64,000 bases of DNA from Octopus sinensis (GCF_006345805.1 NW_021831855.1:4970-68969), one strand, 5' to 3'. Shown: positions 11,791-25,255, numbered from the stretch's first letter. Translations and numbers: made by a program. Notes: generated by a model not told the origin, from the sequence alone.

Positions 11791-12552
11791 GAGAGAAAGA
11801 GAGAGAGAGAGAATGAGAGGGAGGAAAGGAAAGGAGAGAATGAAAGGTTATCGAATGATAAATTACTAAAGATGACACGAAATGTGAAAATCTAAGATGG
11901 AGGTGGTAGCGGGGGCGGGGGTTGTGGGGTTAGAAGATTGGCATGGAATGCCTTGTGTGTGTGTGTGTTGCTCTCTGACTGGCGGCCATATTAAGCGTAT
12001 TAAAAGCCAGCCTCCATTATGACGGTGGACTCGTCTATCGGACATAATGCTTATTGAATCACAGTCAGCAGACGACACGCTAAGTCAAGTTAGCAGGTTT
12101 CAATACAATAAATTGATTTCTTTTTATCGAAACATTCGAACAATTCAACATTAATAATTCTAAGAATCAGTGAACATGGAGAAATGGGAGAGAGAAAGAG
12201 AAAGAAGGAGAGATTAAGAATACCGTATATGTATATATGTATCTATGCGTCTATATATATAGGTGTATAGGTATGTATTCATGTACGTATATATGCGTTT
12301 GTTGTGTATGTGTAGTGTGTACATATGTATGGACTATGAACATACGTATGTATATGTACACATATTTATGTGTGAATATATATATATATATATATATACA
12401 CGCACACACATACACACACAAAAGCATTCACACACATATATACGCCTATATAATATGCATACATATGCAAACGCATGCATGCACACACACAAACACACAC
12501 ACACACACATATACTTGCTTACCTATCTGTGTCTGTCGTTGTGTGTGTGTGA

Positions 12553-12598
<46 letters not shown>

Positions 12599-13144
12599 AA
12601 CGGATAGCTAGCTAGCTAGATAGATATGTAGGTAGGTAGATAGGTAGGTAGATATGTAGGTAGGTAGGTAGGTAGGTAGATAGATAGGGATAATGAACAG
12701 AAAGAAAAGAAACGTTTTTATCGGAAGAATCATTACCAATATTTCCAGAATTGCGAAAGAAAAACAGTTTTAGATCCACAGTTAATTTGACGAAGATGTT
12801 TAGAGAGATCGACATAAACGACAGACAGGAATGATAGACAGACACATCGGATAAATGATAGAGGGACTAGCTTAGCTAAGGTTCTTATTAATCTTTTTGC
12901 TAATCTATCAATTTGGTGTGCGTCTGTCTTATGGACACGATGTTGATGATAAAAATCATCCTTGTTATATCCTGCGCCTCCCTCTCCTCCTCCTCGCGTT
13001 ACCGCTCTGTCTTTTTATTTCTTTATTCTCCATATCGAATCTATTAATCTTCCCTTTTCTTCAAGTCAATAACAATCCATACAACGGACGAGATGCTGCC
13101 AAGAATTTCGTCCGGAGTGCTATCGATTCTGCCAGTTCGCCGTC

Positions 13145-13184
<40 letters not shown>

Positions 13185-13185
<1 letters not shown>

Positions 13186-13395
13186 CCTATCTATTATAGT
13201 CACAAGGCCTGAAATTTTTGGTGAGGGGACTAATCGATTACATCGACCCCATTGCTTAACTGGTACTTAACTTATCGACCCCGAAAAGATGAAAGGCAAA
13301 GTCGACCTCGGCGGAATTTGAACTCAGAACGTAGCAGCAGACAAAATACCGCTAAGCATTCCATCCAGTATGCTAAATATTCTACCAGCTCGCTG

Positions 13396-13400
<5 letters not shown>
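13185..13400 (-). mobile_element. SINE family B flanked by (TAA)n
   Basis: Reverse complement of the 60131-60330 copy. Confidence 0.8.
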
Positions 13401-13437
<37 letters not shown>

Positions 13438-13479
13438 TAATAATGATAATAATAATAATAATTTATTATAATTTATTAT

Positions 13480-16400
13480 TTAAATTTGTTACACAAAAAG
13501 TACGAAAAACTACACGTGCCCTACGAAAATGACGACCGTCAAAATAATGGGCCGGACGTTGTTCCTCATGTCCCGACAATAAAACCAAAAAGGCATAAAT
13601 GGACACGTGAGGAATACATTTCAATCCTATACGCTTACTTTACAGCAGTGCTCTACCCAAAGAACGAAAACACAACAACATATACATATAAAATATAGAA
13701 GAAAAATAACATAAATAAAGACTTGGATACAGCAATGAACCCTAATAAACTAGCTAACGTACGAAGATATATTCTCAGCGCAAAAAATATCAGAAATAGA
13801 AATAGAACATTTAAAAGAAAAAATACATCAGGAAAATGTTGATAGAAGCCACACAACAATACCAAATAATATAAACACTGAGATAGTAAAACACGAAGAC
13901 AAACGTAACATTCCCAACAAAAACGATGTATACAAAAAACAACAGAACCAGACCGTAAGGATGCATAATAATGCACGACAAGCAGCAAGCCAAAACACGA
14001 CAGACAAACATACGAATGAGAAAGAGAGTGACACAAATCTAAAACCTGGAAACAACGAAGGGGAGCCTAATGATTATGATACTATAAAAAGTAGAATAAT
14101 CAAAGAACTGAAAACCACAGATCTCAAAATGGACCATCGACCATACCTCCCAAAAATCAAAATAGACAAAAAAAAACAACATCAATTATAAATAACATAA
14201 ACCTAGCCGTCACGGAACTAATAGACAATGAAACAAATAGCAATATCACTGAGCTAAATGACTTAGTATATGCAGCAGCCACTGCAGCCACAAAAGAAGC
14301 TGGATACTCCCTCAGACCCATCCAAACAGGAGTACCACCACCCAAACAAACCCTGTGGATAAATAACATTAAAAAAATACAAAAAATGAGAAAAGATCTG
14401 TCGATTTTTAATGAAATCAGTAGACAATCAACGCTACTGAGCAACAAAAAGAAAACAAAAATACTCCGCAAATATAACATCACAGAAAAAGATTTACCTG
14501 AGATAAAAGAAATACAAAAAGTGAGAAAAGATCTGTCGATTCTCAATGAAATCAGTAGACAATCAACGCTACAAAAATACTATGCAAATACAACAACACA
14601 GAAAAAGATTTACCTGAGATAAAAGAAAAGCTAAAGCAAGATATCCTTGCCAAAGCACAAAGGATCCGCCGGTACGAGAAACGCCAACGTTTCTGTGAAC
14701 AAAACAAACAGTTCAACTCCAACCCCCAAAAGTTCTACCAAGAACTTGGCAAAAATAAAATAGACATCACTGCAGCACCAACGGCAGAAGAAGTGGAAGA
14801 ATTCTGGAAAGAAATATGGTCGGCGAATGAACAACCAAAAAAAGGAGTATTAAAACAACAAACTTAGCATCTGAGCAACTTTGGACCCCCATAACAACTG
14901 AAGAGGTCACCCAGGCACTGCAAAGACTAAGCAACTGGAAGGCACCTGGGCATGACAAGATCCTCAACTTCTGGTTGAAATATCTAACAGGAATGCACAA
15001 AAAGCTGGCTGAAAACTTTAACAACATACTGGCAGAGCCAGAGACAATGCCTGATTGGCTCACGAAAGGGAAAACCATCTTAATTCTCATCCAATGAGAC
15101 AGCAAAACCAGAAAACTATAGACCTATAACCTGTCTCCCTACAAAGTACAAAGCATTTACTGCAGTAATATCACAAAGATTGAACAAGCACCTGGACGAA
15201 AACAACCTATTTCCAGAAGAGCAGAAAGGATGCCGCAAAGGCTCATATGGCTGTAAAGATCAACTAATGATCAATAAAGCCATAACTGAAGACAGCCACA
15301 GAAAGAAGAAAGGCCTCAGTATGGCCTGGATCGACTACAGAAAGGCGTTTGATAGCATCCCCCACACATGGATCCTCGAAACACTAGCCATTAACAAAGT
15401 AGCACCAACAATTATAAAATACATAGGGCACTCTATGAATAAATGGCAGACAATGCTACAGCTCCAAACAAAAGAGGGACTCATGAAAACCAAAGCCATT
15501 AGAAGAGGAATATTCCAAGGAGACACGCTCTCTCTACTCCTTTTCTGCTTGGCACTGTCACCTCTATCTGATATGCTAAATAGAACTGGATGCGGATATA
15601 AATGTTACGGCAAAACGATCAGCCACCTTTTATATATGGATGACCTAAAACTATACGCAACAAATGACAAACAGCTGGAAACATTACTAAAGACAGTTCA
15701 TGGATTTACCAAAGAAATAGATATGAAATTTGGATTAGAAAAATGCACCAAAGTAACCATGAAAAGAGGAAAACTAGTTAAGAGTAGCAACATCACACTA
15801 GATAAAACCAATGGAATAAAAGAATTAGACCAAAGCCAAACTTACAAATACTTAGGAATCCATGAACTAGATAAGACACAGCACACACAAATGAAAGAGA
15901 AAATAAAAAAAGAATATTATAGACGAGTTAGATCAATACTAAAAACAGCTCAATGCTTAAAACAAAATAGTAGGTATTAACACTTTAGCCGTCCCAGTTA
16001 TAAGTTACAGCTACAATATCCTTAACTGGACACTAACTGAGCTGACCAAAATAGATAGGAAAACAAGAAAAATAATGACAGGATCAAGGATGCATCACCC
16101 AAAATCTGACATAGAAAGGCTATATATACAACGTATAGAAGGTGGTAGAGACATTATACAGCTGAAAAACTACTATAAAATAACCACCATAGGACTGCAA
16201 AAATATCTACTTCAGAAGGAAGGAAAACTGATACAAATAGCAGCAAAATACGAGCAAAACAAAAAACTGTTATCAGTATTTAAGGATGCTGACAAATACA
16301 AACAAGAAGAAGATGAAGAAACAACAAAAGCTATAAAACAAATGAAATCGAAACTAAAACTAGAACAGCAACGAACCATGATAAAACGATGGCAAGAAAA

Positions 16401-17248
16401 GCCCCTTCATGGCAAATACTGGACTAAACTAAATGCAAAAGAAATAGACAAAGCAAAATCCCAGCAACAGTTGAGAAGCTCAGGACTCAAATCAGAGACA
16501 GAGATTTTTAATTGCAGCACAAGACCAAAGCCTCCCCACCAGAAATTACCATAAACATGTAATGAAAAGAAATATAACAAGTAACTGCAGAATATGTGGA
16601 GATGGACAAGAAACAATGAATCATATTATCTCTGGCTGCCCAGTCCTGGCTAAGAAGGAATATATTCACAGACACGACAATGTTGGGACCTACATACACT
16701 GGAAGCTATGCCAACATTATGGAATAACAACAGAAAAAAGATGGTATAGGCACACACCAGAAAAGCTCACAGAAAACGAGAAAGCAACCATACTCTGGGA
16801 TATGCCAATACACACAGATAGAGAAATTAAGGCCAACAGACCAACAGTCAGAGATCATGAAGAAAAAAATGCTTTCTAATTGATGTATCAATACCAGCAG
16901 ATGACAACGTGTCTCTAAAAGAAATGGAGAAACTCTCAAAATACAAAGACCTGGAAATAGGGGTAACCAGAATGTGGATTCTAAAAACAGAAACAATTCC
17001 TATTATAGTAGGTGCATTAGGCCTGATAAAAAAATATTCAGACAAATACATAACAAAACACCAGGACTTACAAACACATATAACATATAGAAAATTGCAC
17101 TACTAGGCACTGCACACATCCTACGCAAAACACTTTCCATACAGTAACCATCAGAGCATCGCAACAAATCACAGCACATACCCAAGGCACACAGAGGTAG
17201 TGAAGTGAAAGCACGCTATAAAAATAAAACTACTGAATAATAAAACTA

Positions 17249-17252
<4 letters not shown>
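13480..17252 (+). mobile_element. R4/Dong-clade non-LTR retrotransposon (RT + CCHC + restriction-like endonuclease), degraded, inserted in (TAA)n
   Basis: N-terminal RHKWTREE; EQKGC, WIDYRKAFDS, GIFQGD, LYMDDLKLY, YKYLG; CRICGDGQETMNHIISGC, RHD, ILWD...NRP, EKLSKYKDL, PIIVGALG. (TAA)n on both sides (13400-13460, 17253-17288). Confidence 0.93.
15180..15980 (+). pseudogene. R4/Dong reverse transcriptase core
   Basis: YMDD catalytic motif and flanking RT blocks. Neighbouring segments are frameshifted. Confidence 0.92.
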
Positions 17253-17287
<35 letters not shown>

Positions 17288-17288
<1 letters not shown>

Positions 17289-18880
17289 GTCGTCGTCGGC
17301 TCCAGCTCGTATCCGAGCATTGGATTCGTCAGTTTCTATCCAGTCTCCTCGGCTGATGTTTGTGCCAAGTAGGTGGTAAAAGAGTCGTGAGCAGAATTCG
17401 CACAGGATAATCAGTGCGTGTCGAGGATGTTGAAGACGCTCCGTTCTTCTGCATTTTACCTCCTCATTCTGTTGTCTGTTTTGCTCGAAGGAACTGGCTT
17501 CATTGCGGATAGCAGTCCTCCAGGCTGTCCTATCTATGGCAATGTGTGCCTATGAGGATGGCTGGATGTTAGTTTGAGCCAGGGTCCGTTTGAGCTGGTC
17601 TTCAAAACGGAATGTCGGGCATCCTATGGATCTTGTTCCGATTGCAAGTTCTCCGTAGAGCATAATCCTCGGGAGGCAAGAGGGCTCCATACGCTGGGCG
17701 TGATCTGCCCAGCGGAGACGATGGCGAAGAATGGTGGCTTCGACGCTTGGTAGTGAGACGCGGCGAAGAACCTCGTTGTTGGTAATATGATCTTCCCATC
17801 CTATATTGATGGTCTGTCGTAGCTCGGATTGCTGGAAGTATTCAAGTCACAGTGGTACAGCGTCCAAGTTTCACAAGCGTAGAGATGAGTTGACCGGACA
17901 ATGGCACGGAAGACCATGATCTTTGTCCAGATCTTCAATCAGCACGTGGTTGAAGAATATATATTGGCTGAGTCTACCGGAGGTGGAATGGGCCGCCTTG
18001 ATCCTGTTCTTCACGTCATTTTCAAACGTTTCTTCGAAACGATATTTTCAAGGTATGCGAAGTGTTCAACTTCTAGGGGTTGGCCGTTGATGCTAATGTT
18101 TGTGGGTGGACTGTTCTGGCCTGGTGCAGGTTGGATCAGGGTCTTGGTCTTTAATGTGCTTACCTGCATCCCGACGTATTCGTATGCCGCCTTGTAAAGA
18201 TCAGCTGTCCTTTGTAAGGAATCTGCGATCCGGCTCGAGGTGACATTGTCATCGGCATACTACATCTTACGGACTGAGGTAGTGGAGGTCCTCGTCTTTG
18301 CATGGAGGTGTGCAAGATTGAAGTCCGCCATCCAAGAGATAGCGCATATTGATGGAAGGCAAGTCTAGTGGAAATTTCGTTGAACATGGTGGCCATGTAC
18401 AAAGAGAAACAGGTTGATGCCAGGACGCATCCTTGCTTAAGATCCCCAGTGATGGGAAACGGGTCTGTGGGGGCATTTTAATGGCATACCCTACCCACCA
18501 TACCGTTGTGGAGTGAGCGGACCAGGGCAATGATGTCCTCCGGACATCCAAACCGAGCAAGGACGGTCCACATTGCAGGACGGGGGACCTTGTCAAAGGC
18601 TTTCTTTAGACCCCAGAAGATGAACATTGCAGGCTGTTATTGTTCTTGACACTTCTCCTGAAGTTGACGGGCAGAAAAGATCATGTTGATTGTGCCTCGA
18701 GAGGGTCGAAAATCACACTGGGACTCAGGGAAGACGCCTTCCACGAGGATGAAGAAGTGATTGAGTAGGATACGGGCGTAGATCATACTTACAATACTCA
18801 GGAGTGAGATGCCCCGATAGTTGTTGCAATCCTCCCGGTCTCCCTTCTTGTAGATGGTGATGATAGTTACAACGCGGAAG
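17288..18880 (-). mobile_element. RTE-clade (BovB-like) LINE, 5'-truncated and degraded
   Basis: IITIYKKGDREDCNNYRGISLLSIV...PESQCDFRPSRGTINMIFSARQLQEKCQEQ. A short (GAC)n 3' tail abuts the (TAA)n tract. Confidence 0.85.
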
Positions 18881-19464
18881 TAGTTACGCGAAGGTGGACT
18901 TTGTCTTTCATCCCTTTCGGGTGGGTTGATAAAATAAGTACCAGTTATGCGCTGGATTCGATCTAATCGACTTTCCTCTTCTGAAACTGCTGGCCTTAAG
19001 CTGAAATCTGAAACCGATAATGATGATGAAGATATTGATACTAGTATAATTACGTTAATAATCATAACAGAAATAATTTAAAATACAGTAAAATATTGTT
19101 GAAAATAAAAGATAAAATAACATAAAATAATATAAAAAGACGAACAACACAATCTGTACAAAATAAACAAATAATGGGAATCGGTGGGGGGAGGGTAACA
19201 ACGCAAGAAAAACAAAAAAATACAAATAACTGAAGCCAAACTAATGAGAGCAACGAAGCGATTAGAGCTAACTGGTAGAGTTCACCGTTAACCAAACGGA
19301 ATTATTTCCCCTTTCTTTTAGTAACTCTCTAACATATTTTCCCAGATGGAGGCGGATTGTGGTGGTTGGATTTCATTTTATTTTTGAATTGTGTTGTGAG
19401 AATGATGTTTGGTGGTGTTTGGTGGTGTGTGGTGTCGGCGAGCATTCGTGCGTGCATGTGAATG

Positions 19465-19503
<39 letters not shown>

Positions 19504-20267
19504 TGTGTGTGTCATTGTTTAACTGGAGCAAAGCAGCAAAGATCAATGACAAAATTTCAATCAGTTCACGTTGGCCAACAACAACAACAACGAGTTCAAT
19601 ATTTTCCATTTAAATTTATATTTTTTAGAATATTGAAAACGGTGAGAAAATGATATTCCTTATCATCATCATCATCATCATGGTCGTTGTCTTCGTTGTC
19701 ATCATCGTCGTCGCCCCTCCTCACTATCCTACACCTCCTCCTTACCTTGCCACCACCACCTACATCATCACCTGTACAACTGTCATCATCATCGTCATCA
19801 TTGCCCTTATCCCGCTACCTCTATTCTCTTTCTCCTCCTCTCCTTCCTATCTCCGCCTCTCCCCCATCATCATCATCTTCTCAGACAACATTGCGTGCTT
19901 TCGGCGCTCAACTGAGCACAGATCCGTGAGTCTTGACTTCGTGACGTGTTGAGTTTTCGTTTTCTATTTTCGGTTGCAATGTGATGCAGTGGTTTTCAAT
20001 AGTTTCCATTTTCTCTATGTTAAGCATATTTCAAATTCCTCAGCTTTTGGTCACGTATTTGTTTTCATGTTTTTAAAAGCCTTCTCAAATCATTTATCAT
20101 TTAGATTTGATAATATTTTTAGTTCTTCTTTGTTTTACAATCTGGTTGTCTCTATTTCCGGATCTTTATTGTTTATTATTTCTCCTTTAATACATTAATG
20201 TCTATTTGGACTGATGCATCGATTGGGAAACATCTTTCCTTCTCCCCTTGACATCAATATCTGGTCG

Positions 20268-20303
<36 letters not shown>

Positions 20304-20329
20304 CGTCATCATCATAACAATTTCTAATT

Positions 20330-21320
20330 TCATTAGCTAGAATGTTATTTTGGTGGCAACATTTTCCTAAAATTTGAAGAATCTTTCTTTGGATTCTTGT
20401 ACAATACAAGATGGTATTCTTTTCTGTCGGTCGACAATGCAAGTTTCAATTCCAAACTCTTTTAGTCTTTAAGATAGCATTTTGGGTGTTGTGTCAAGAG
20501 CACCAATTATCACAGGAATAATTGTTGTCTTGGTTGTCCACTGTCTCTTCAACTTTCTAGCTAGGTCCTGGTATTTCTTAATTTTTTTTTCTATTCCTTT
20601 CATACCGACTCTTGCATCATAGGGATTTGCAGAGTTCATAATCTTACAGTTTGTCTATTTTTATTTACTTCTATAGTCATATCTGGTCATCTTGCTGTAA
20701 CAGTATGGCCAGTCATTACTGGGAACTGCCATAAAATCCTGTAATTCACATTCTTTATCACAGCCTTTGGTTGCCTTTCACATCACTTATTTCCTAAGCA
20801 GCAAGAATTAGTGATTCTGTATCTCGTTTTAAGTTTCCATCAGTCAGTCACAACCAGCGTTCTTCAAACATTCTCAGTTTTAATCAGGAATCATCCTTGT
20901 AATTCTTTCTCCTCTCTCTTGAACTCTAGTGCTTTTGCGAATCGTTTTCGATATTTCTGCATGAGGACAATAGTCTTTACTATGCACAGTATCGTTTGTC
21001 AACCCCAATATCGCAGTACTGGTGGCCTTTCCTAAGTTTAACACATCTCTGCCTCCTTCCTTGGTAGGTAGAGTCTGACGGTGTTACTTTGAGAGCCGCC
21101 AGCAATGTACGTTGTGAGCAGCTTCCTAGTTATTCTACCTAATTCCTGAATCTCCTTTTTTGTCCCCTTTAAGAAGGGAATGACACACCCTTTCAGCAGC
21201 TTCTCAATCCTTTTCTGGTACACTTCGGAGGTTTTCTCTCTCATTCCCTTTTCCATTCCTTTACCATCCTGCTGTACTCCAAGGTAATTGTATTTCTCAG
21301 TTATCAAAGGATGTCATCTC
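20330..21320 (-). mobile_element. R4/Dong-clade 3' fragment, heavily degraded
   Basis: KYNYLG, RITRKLLT, RLYLPRKE. The minus strand near 20490-20580 reads KYQDLARKLKRQW...IIPVIIGALD. Ends next to (AAT)n. Confidence 0.75.
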
Positions 21321-21497
21321 GTGCTACCTTTATAACCTCATATTTAATCTTTCGGTGTCTCTTCATAATTACAACTTATTTACTCGAAACAGCATACAAA
21401 TATCCTTGCTAAATATATTATCATTTACTATTGTGTACTATGTATGCTTCTCTTCTCTGTCTTATTTTATACTGTGTATACTGTCTACACACACACA

Positions 21498-21544
<47 letters not shown>

Positions 21545-21820
21545 CACCTTGTTACCTCTTCACCTTGTTACCTCCCCTACTTTCCTTCTCCTGTTTGACC
21601 CCTCTGTCCGCCAATAGTCGCCATGATAGATCGTTAGCCACTACACACTTTTTCTCTCTCTCCTTGTTTCTGTCCTTGTTTTTTCTGTGTACCTTTCTGT
21701 AGAAGAGCGTAGGCTTGAAACGTAAAAGACTTTTTTTATTCCCGAGCGTTAAACTAATTAGACCTGTTTGTTTTGTTCACCACCTGCCTTCGTCTTTTGT
21801 TTTTTCGTAAACTTTCCCTA
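21545..21820 (+). repeat. Penelope-pLTR-like repeat with degenerate hammerhead (21693-21728)
   Basis: Same sequence as 8040-8208: CTTTCTGTAGAAGAGCGTAGGCTTGAAACGTAAAAG. Confidence 0.6.
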
Positions 21821-22480
21821 TATATATATATATACGTTTATATATTTGCTGTGCAAGATTTTTTATGTGAAGTCGTGTATTGAAACAGATATTGTTATAT
21901 TTCGGAATGGTCATTTTGCCAGTTTAGCCAATAAAAACACACGCACTATATATTTGGTGTTATTTTGCTTCAATCAACAACATAGAAATTAAAATATTGT
22001 CCACACACAGAACAGATGCAACAATCAGACAAATTACAGAAGCTACACACATAATAGAAAATAAACCTAGCCTGAATAGGAAACTAGAATGGAACACTAG
22101 CACACACCACAACATATGACGGTAGAGGATCCTGAAAACATAATAAATACCCAGATAAATAAACAAATAGAAATAAATAACTATATAAGTTTTATTTATT
22201 TATTATTATTATTACTAGTATTGTTGTTATACATACATACATACATACAAGCATATGTAATGATAATAACAAGTGGATGTAAACACATGAACAAAATAAG
22301 AATAAACAAAAACAACAACAACAAAAACAAATTACATGAACGTATATAAACAGAAGATACAAATATTACAGGCATCCCCCCCACACTAAATAAACATAGA
22401 CGCACATAGAGATATAAGCATGCGCAAATGAAGACATACAATAGAAATACAAAATGGCTGACGGTTAGTAAGGAGAGACA

Positions 22481-24919
22481 CAAATTAATTAATTTCACCC
22501 TTCATTATTACGGATAACCATATTTTATCTCAGTAGATGACCACAGCATCTTGTTTTGCTACACGCGGGTGGGAAGGGGCTGTTGACACAATCGTTTCAT
22601 TATTCACAAATTGAATTCGGTGATACCAGTTGCGGATTCTAGCTCGCTCTGATACTGAGTGGAGTTGGTGCCTTCTGGTATCTCAAAATTCAATATATAA
22701 TCATTTATGATTATAGTATTCTACGCTGAAGAGAAAGAAGTTCGGTAAGATAGAATTATTTATTATTAATATTAATATTTAGTTCTTATGCTTTCCTTAA
22801 AACTTGATTTCGAAACGTACGTCCGTGGATAACTAAAAAAATGTATGATAGATGCAGTCAATTCATTCTCTCTTACCTGTTTGGTCTGCCTTCCAAATGC
22901 TGTTTTTACTGAGATCTCCCTCTTTAGTAGAAGAAATAGCTATAACCCTTTGACTGCTATTTCTAAATTCGGTATGTGGTAAGGCAACTCGTTGTTAAAC
23001 CCTTATTGCTTAGATTACTTAAATTTTCCTCGAATGAGGCTTTTACATCCGAAGACTACTTGGTGTAATTGATAATTTTTCCAAATTAATTAATTTCACC
23101 CTTCATTATTACGGATAACCATATTTTATCTCAGTAGATGACCACAGCATCTTGTTTTGGCTACACGCGGGTGGGAAGGGGCTGTTGACACAATCGTTTC
23201 ATTCACAAATTGAATTCGGTGATACCAGTTGCGGATTCTAGCTCGCTCTGATACTGAGTGGAGTTGGTGCCTTCTGGTATCTCAAAATTCAATATATAAT
23301 CATTTATGATTATAGTATTCTACGCTGAAGAGAAAAGAAGTTTCGGTAAGATAGAATTATTTATTATTTAATATTTATATTTAGTTCTTATGCTTTCCTT
23401 AAAACTTGATTTCGAAACGTACGTCCGTGGATAACTAAAAAAATGTATGATAGATTGCAGTCAATTCATTCTCTCTACCTGTTTGTGTCTGCCTCCAAAT
23501 GCTGTTTTTACTGAGATCTCCCTCTTTAGTAGAAGAAATAGCTATAACCCTTTGACTGCTATTTCTAAATTCGGTATGTGGTAAGGCAACTCGTTGTTAA
23601 ACCCTTATTGCTTAGTATTACTTAAATTTTCCTCGAATGAGGCTTTTACATGCCGAAGACTACTTGGTGTAATTGATAATTTTTCCAAATAATTAATTTT
23701 CACCTTCATTATACGGATAACCATATTTTATCTCAGTAGATGACCACACAGCATCTTGTTGGCTACACGCGGGTGGGAAGGGGCTGTTGACACAATCGTT
23801 TCATTCCAAATTGAATTCGGTGATACCAGTTGCGGATTCTAGCTCGCTCTGATACTGAGTGGAGTTGGTGCCTTCTGGTATCTCAAAATTCAATATATAA
23901 TCATTTATGATTATAGTATTCTACGCTGAAGAGAAAAGAAGTTTCGGTAAGATAGAATTATTATTATTTAATATTTAATATTTAGTTCTTATGCTTTCCT
24001 TAAAACTTGATTTCGAAACGTACGTCCGTGGATAACTAAAAAAATGTATGATAGATTGCAGTCAATTCATTCTCTCTTACCTGTTTGTGTCTGCCTTCCA
24101 AATGCTGTTTTTACTGAGATCTCCCTCTTTAGTAGAAGAAATAGCTATAACCCTTTGACTGCTATTTCTAAATTCGGTATGTGGTAAGGCAACTCGTTGT
24201 TAAACCCTTATTGCTTAGTATTACTTAAATTTTCCTCGAATGAGGCTTTTACATGCCGAAGACTACTTGGTGTAATTGATAATTTTTCCAAATTAATTAA
24301 TTTCACCCTTCATTATTACGGATAACCTATTTTATCTCAGTAGATGACCACAGCATCTTGTTTTGGCTACACGCGGGTGGGAAGGGGCTGTTGACACAAT
24401 CGTTTCATTCACAAATTGAATTCGGTGATACCAGTTGCGGATTCTAGCTCGCTCTGATACTGAGTGGAGTTGTGCCTTCTGGTATCTCAAAATTCAATAT
24501 ATAATCATTTATGATTATAGTATTCTACGCTGAAGAGAAAAGAAGTTTCGGTAAGATAGAATATTTATTATTTAATATTTAATATTTAGTTCTTATGCTT
24601 TCCTTAAAACTTGATTTCGAAACGTACGTCCGTGGATAACTAAAAAAATGTATGATAGATTGCAGTCAATTCATTCTCTCTTACCTGTTTGTGTCTGCCT
24701 TCCAAATGCTGTTTTTACTGAGATCTCCCTCTTAGTAGAAGAAATAGCTATAACCCTTTGACTGCTATTTCTAAATTCGGTAGTGTGGTAAGGCAACTCG
24801 TTGTTAAACCCTTATTGCTAGTATTACTTAATTTTCCTCGAATGAGGCTTTTACATGCCGAAGACTACTTGGTGTAATTGATAATTTTTCCAAATTAATT
24901 AATTTCACCCTTCATTATT
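22481..24919 (+). repeat. tandem array of four ~602-bp units plus ~29 bp of a fifth, one hammerhead per unit
   Basis: The unit start CAAAT(T)AATTAATTT recurs at 22481, 23082, 23686, 24289 and 24891. Units differ almost only by small indels. The ORF track shows no ORF of 60 aa or more inside the array. Confidence 0.97.
22720..22829 (+). ncRNA. type I hammerhead ribozyme with extended stem II (unit 1; copies at 23319-23431, 23920-24032, 24524-24636)
   Basis: Stem I TCTACG/CGTGGA, core CTGAAGA, stem II GAAA...TTTC, then GAAAC-GTAC-GTC. The predicted cleavage site is after C22823. Confidence 0.85.
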
Positions 24920-24940
24920 ATATATATATATATATATAAT

Positions 24941-25079
24941 ATGATCATTCCAAAATAACAATATATATATATATATAATATATATAATATATAATATATG
25001 ATCATTCCAAAATATAACAATATATAATAATATATATATATAATATATGATCATTCCAAAATATAACAATATATATATA

Positions 25080-25123
<44 letters not shown>

Positions 25124-25151
25124 ATATATATATATGATCATTCCAAAATAT

Positions 25152-25194
<43 letters not shown>

Positions 25195-25255
25195 CATTCC
25201 AAAATATAACAATATATATATATATATATGATCATTCCGAAATATAACAATATAT
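24941..25255. repeat. six copies of ATGATCATTCC(A/G)AAAT(AT)AACAAT separated by variable (TA)n
   Basis: Copies at about 24941, 24998, 25047, 25134, 25190 and 25228. Confidence 0.9.

Noticed and set aside
6646-12607. Many ORFs rich in YI/CV/HT/LS/RE dipeptides (also at 34000-35100, 38930-41900, 47000-47600, 56580-57300)
   Set aside because: They are translations of (TA)n, (CA)n, (TCTA)n and (GA)n microsatellites.
22745-22782. GTAAGA...TTTAG mini-intron inside the hammerhead stem II
   Set aside because: It is only ~38-40 nt with no clear branch point or pyrimidine tract, and is better explained as part of the hairpin.
22481-24919. Unit-to-unit sequence differences as evidence of array age
   Set aside because: They are almost all 1-3-bp indels typical of unpolished long-read error, so they are not usable for dating.
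24941-25255. CRISPR-like repeat/spacer pattern
   Set aside because: The spacers are only (TA)n, there are no cas genes, and the context is eukaryotic.
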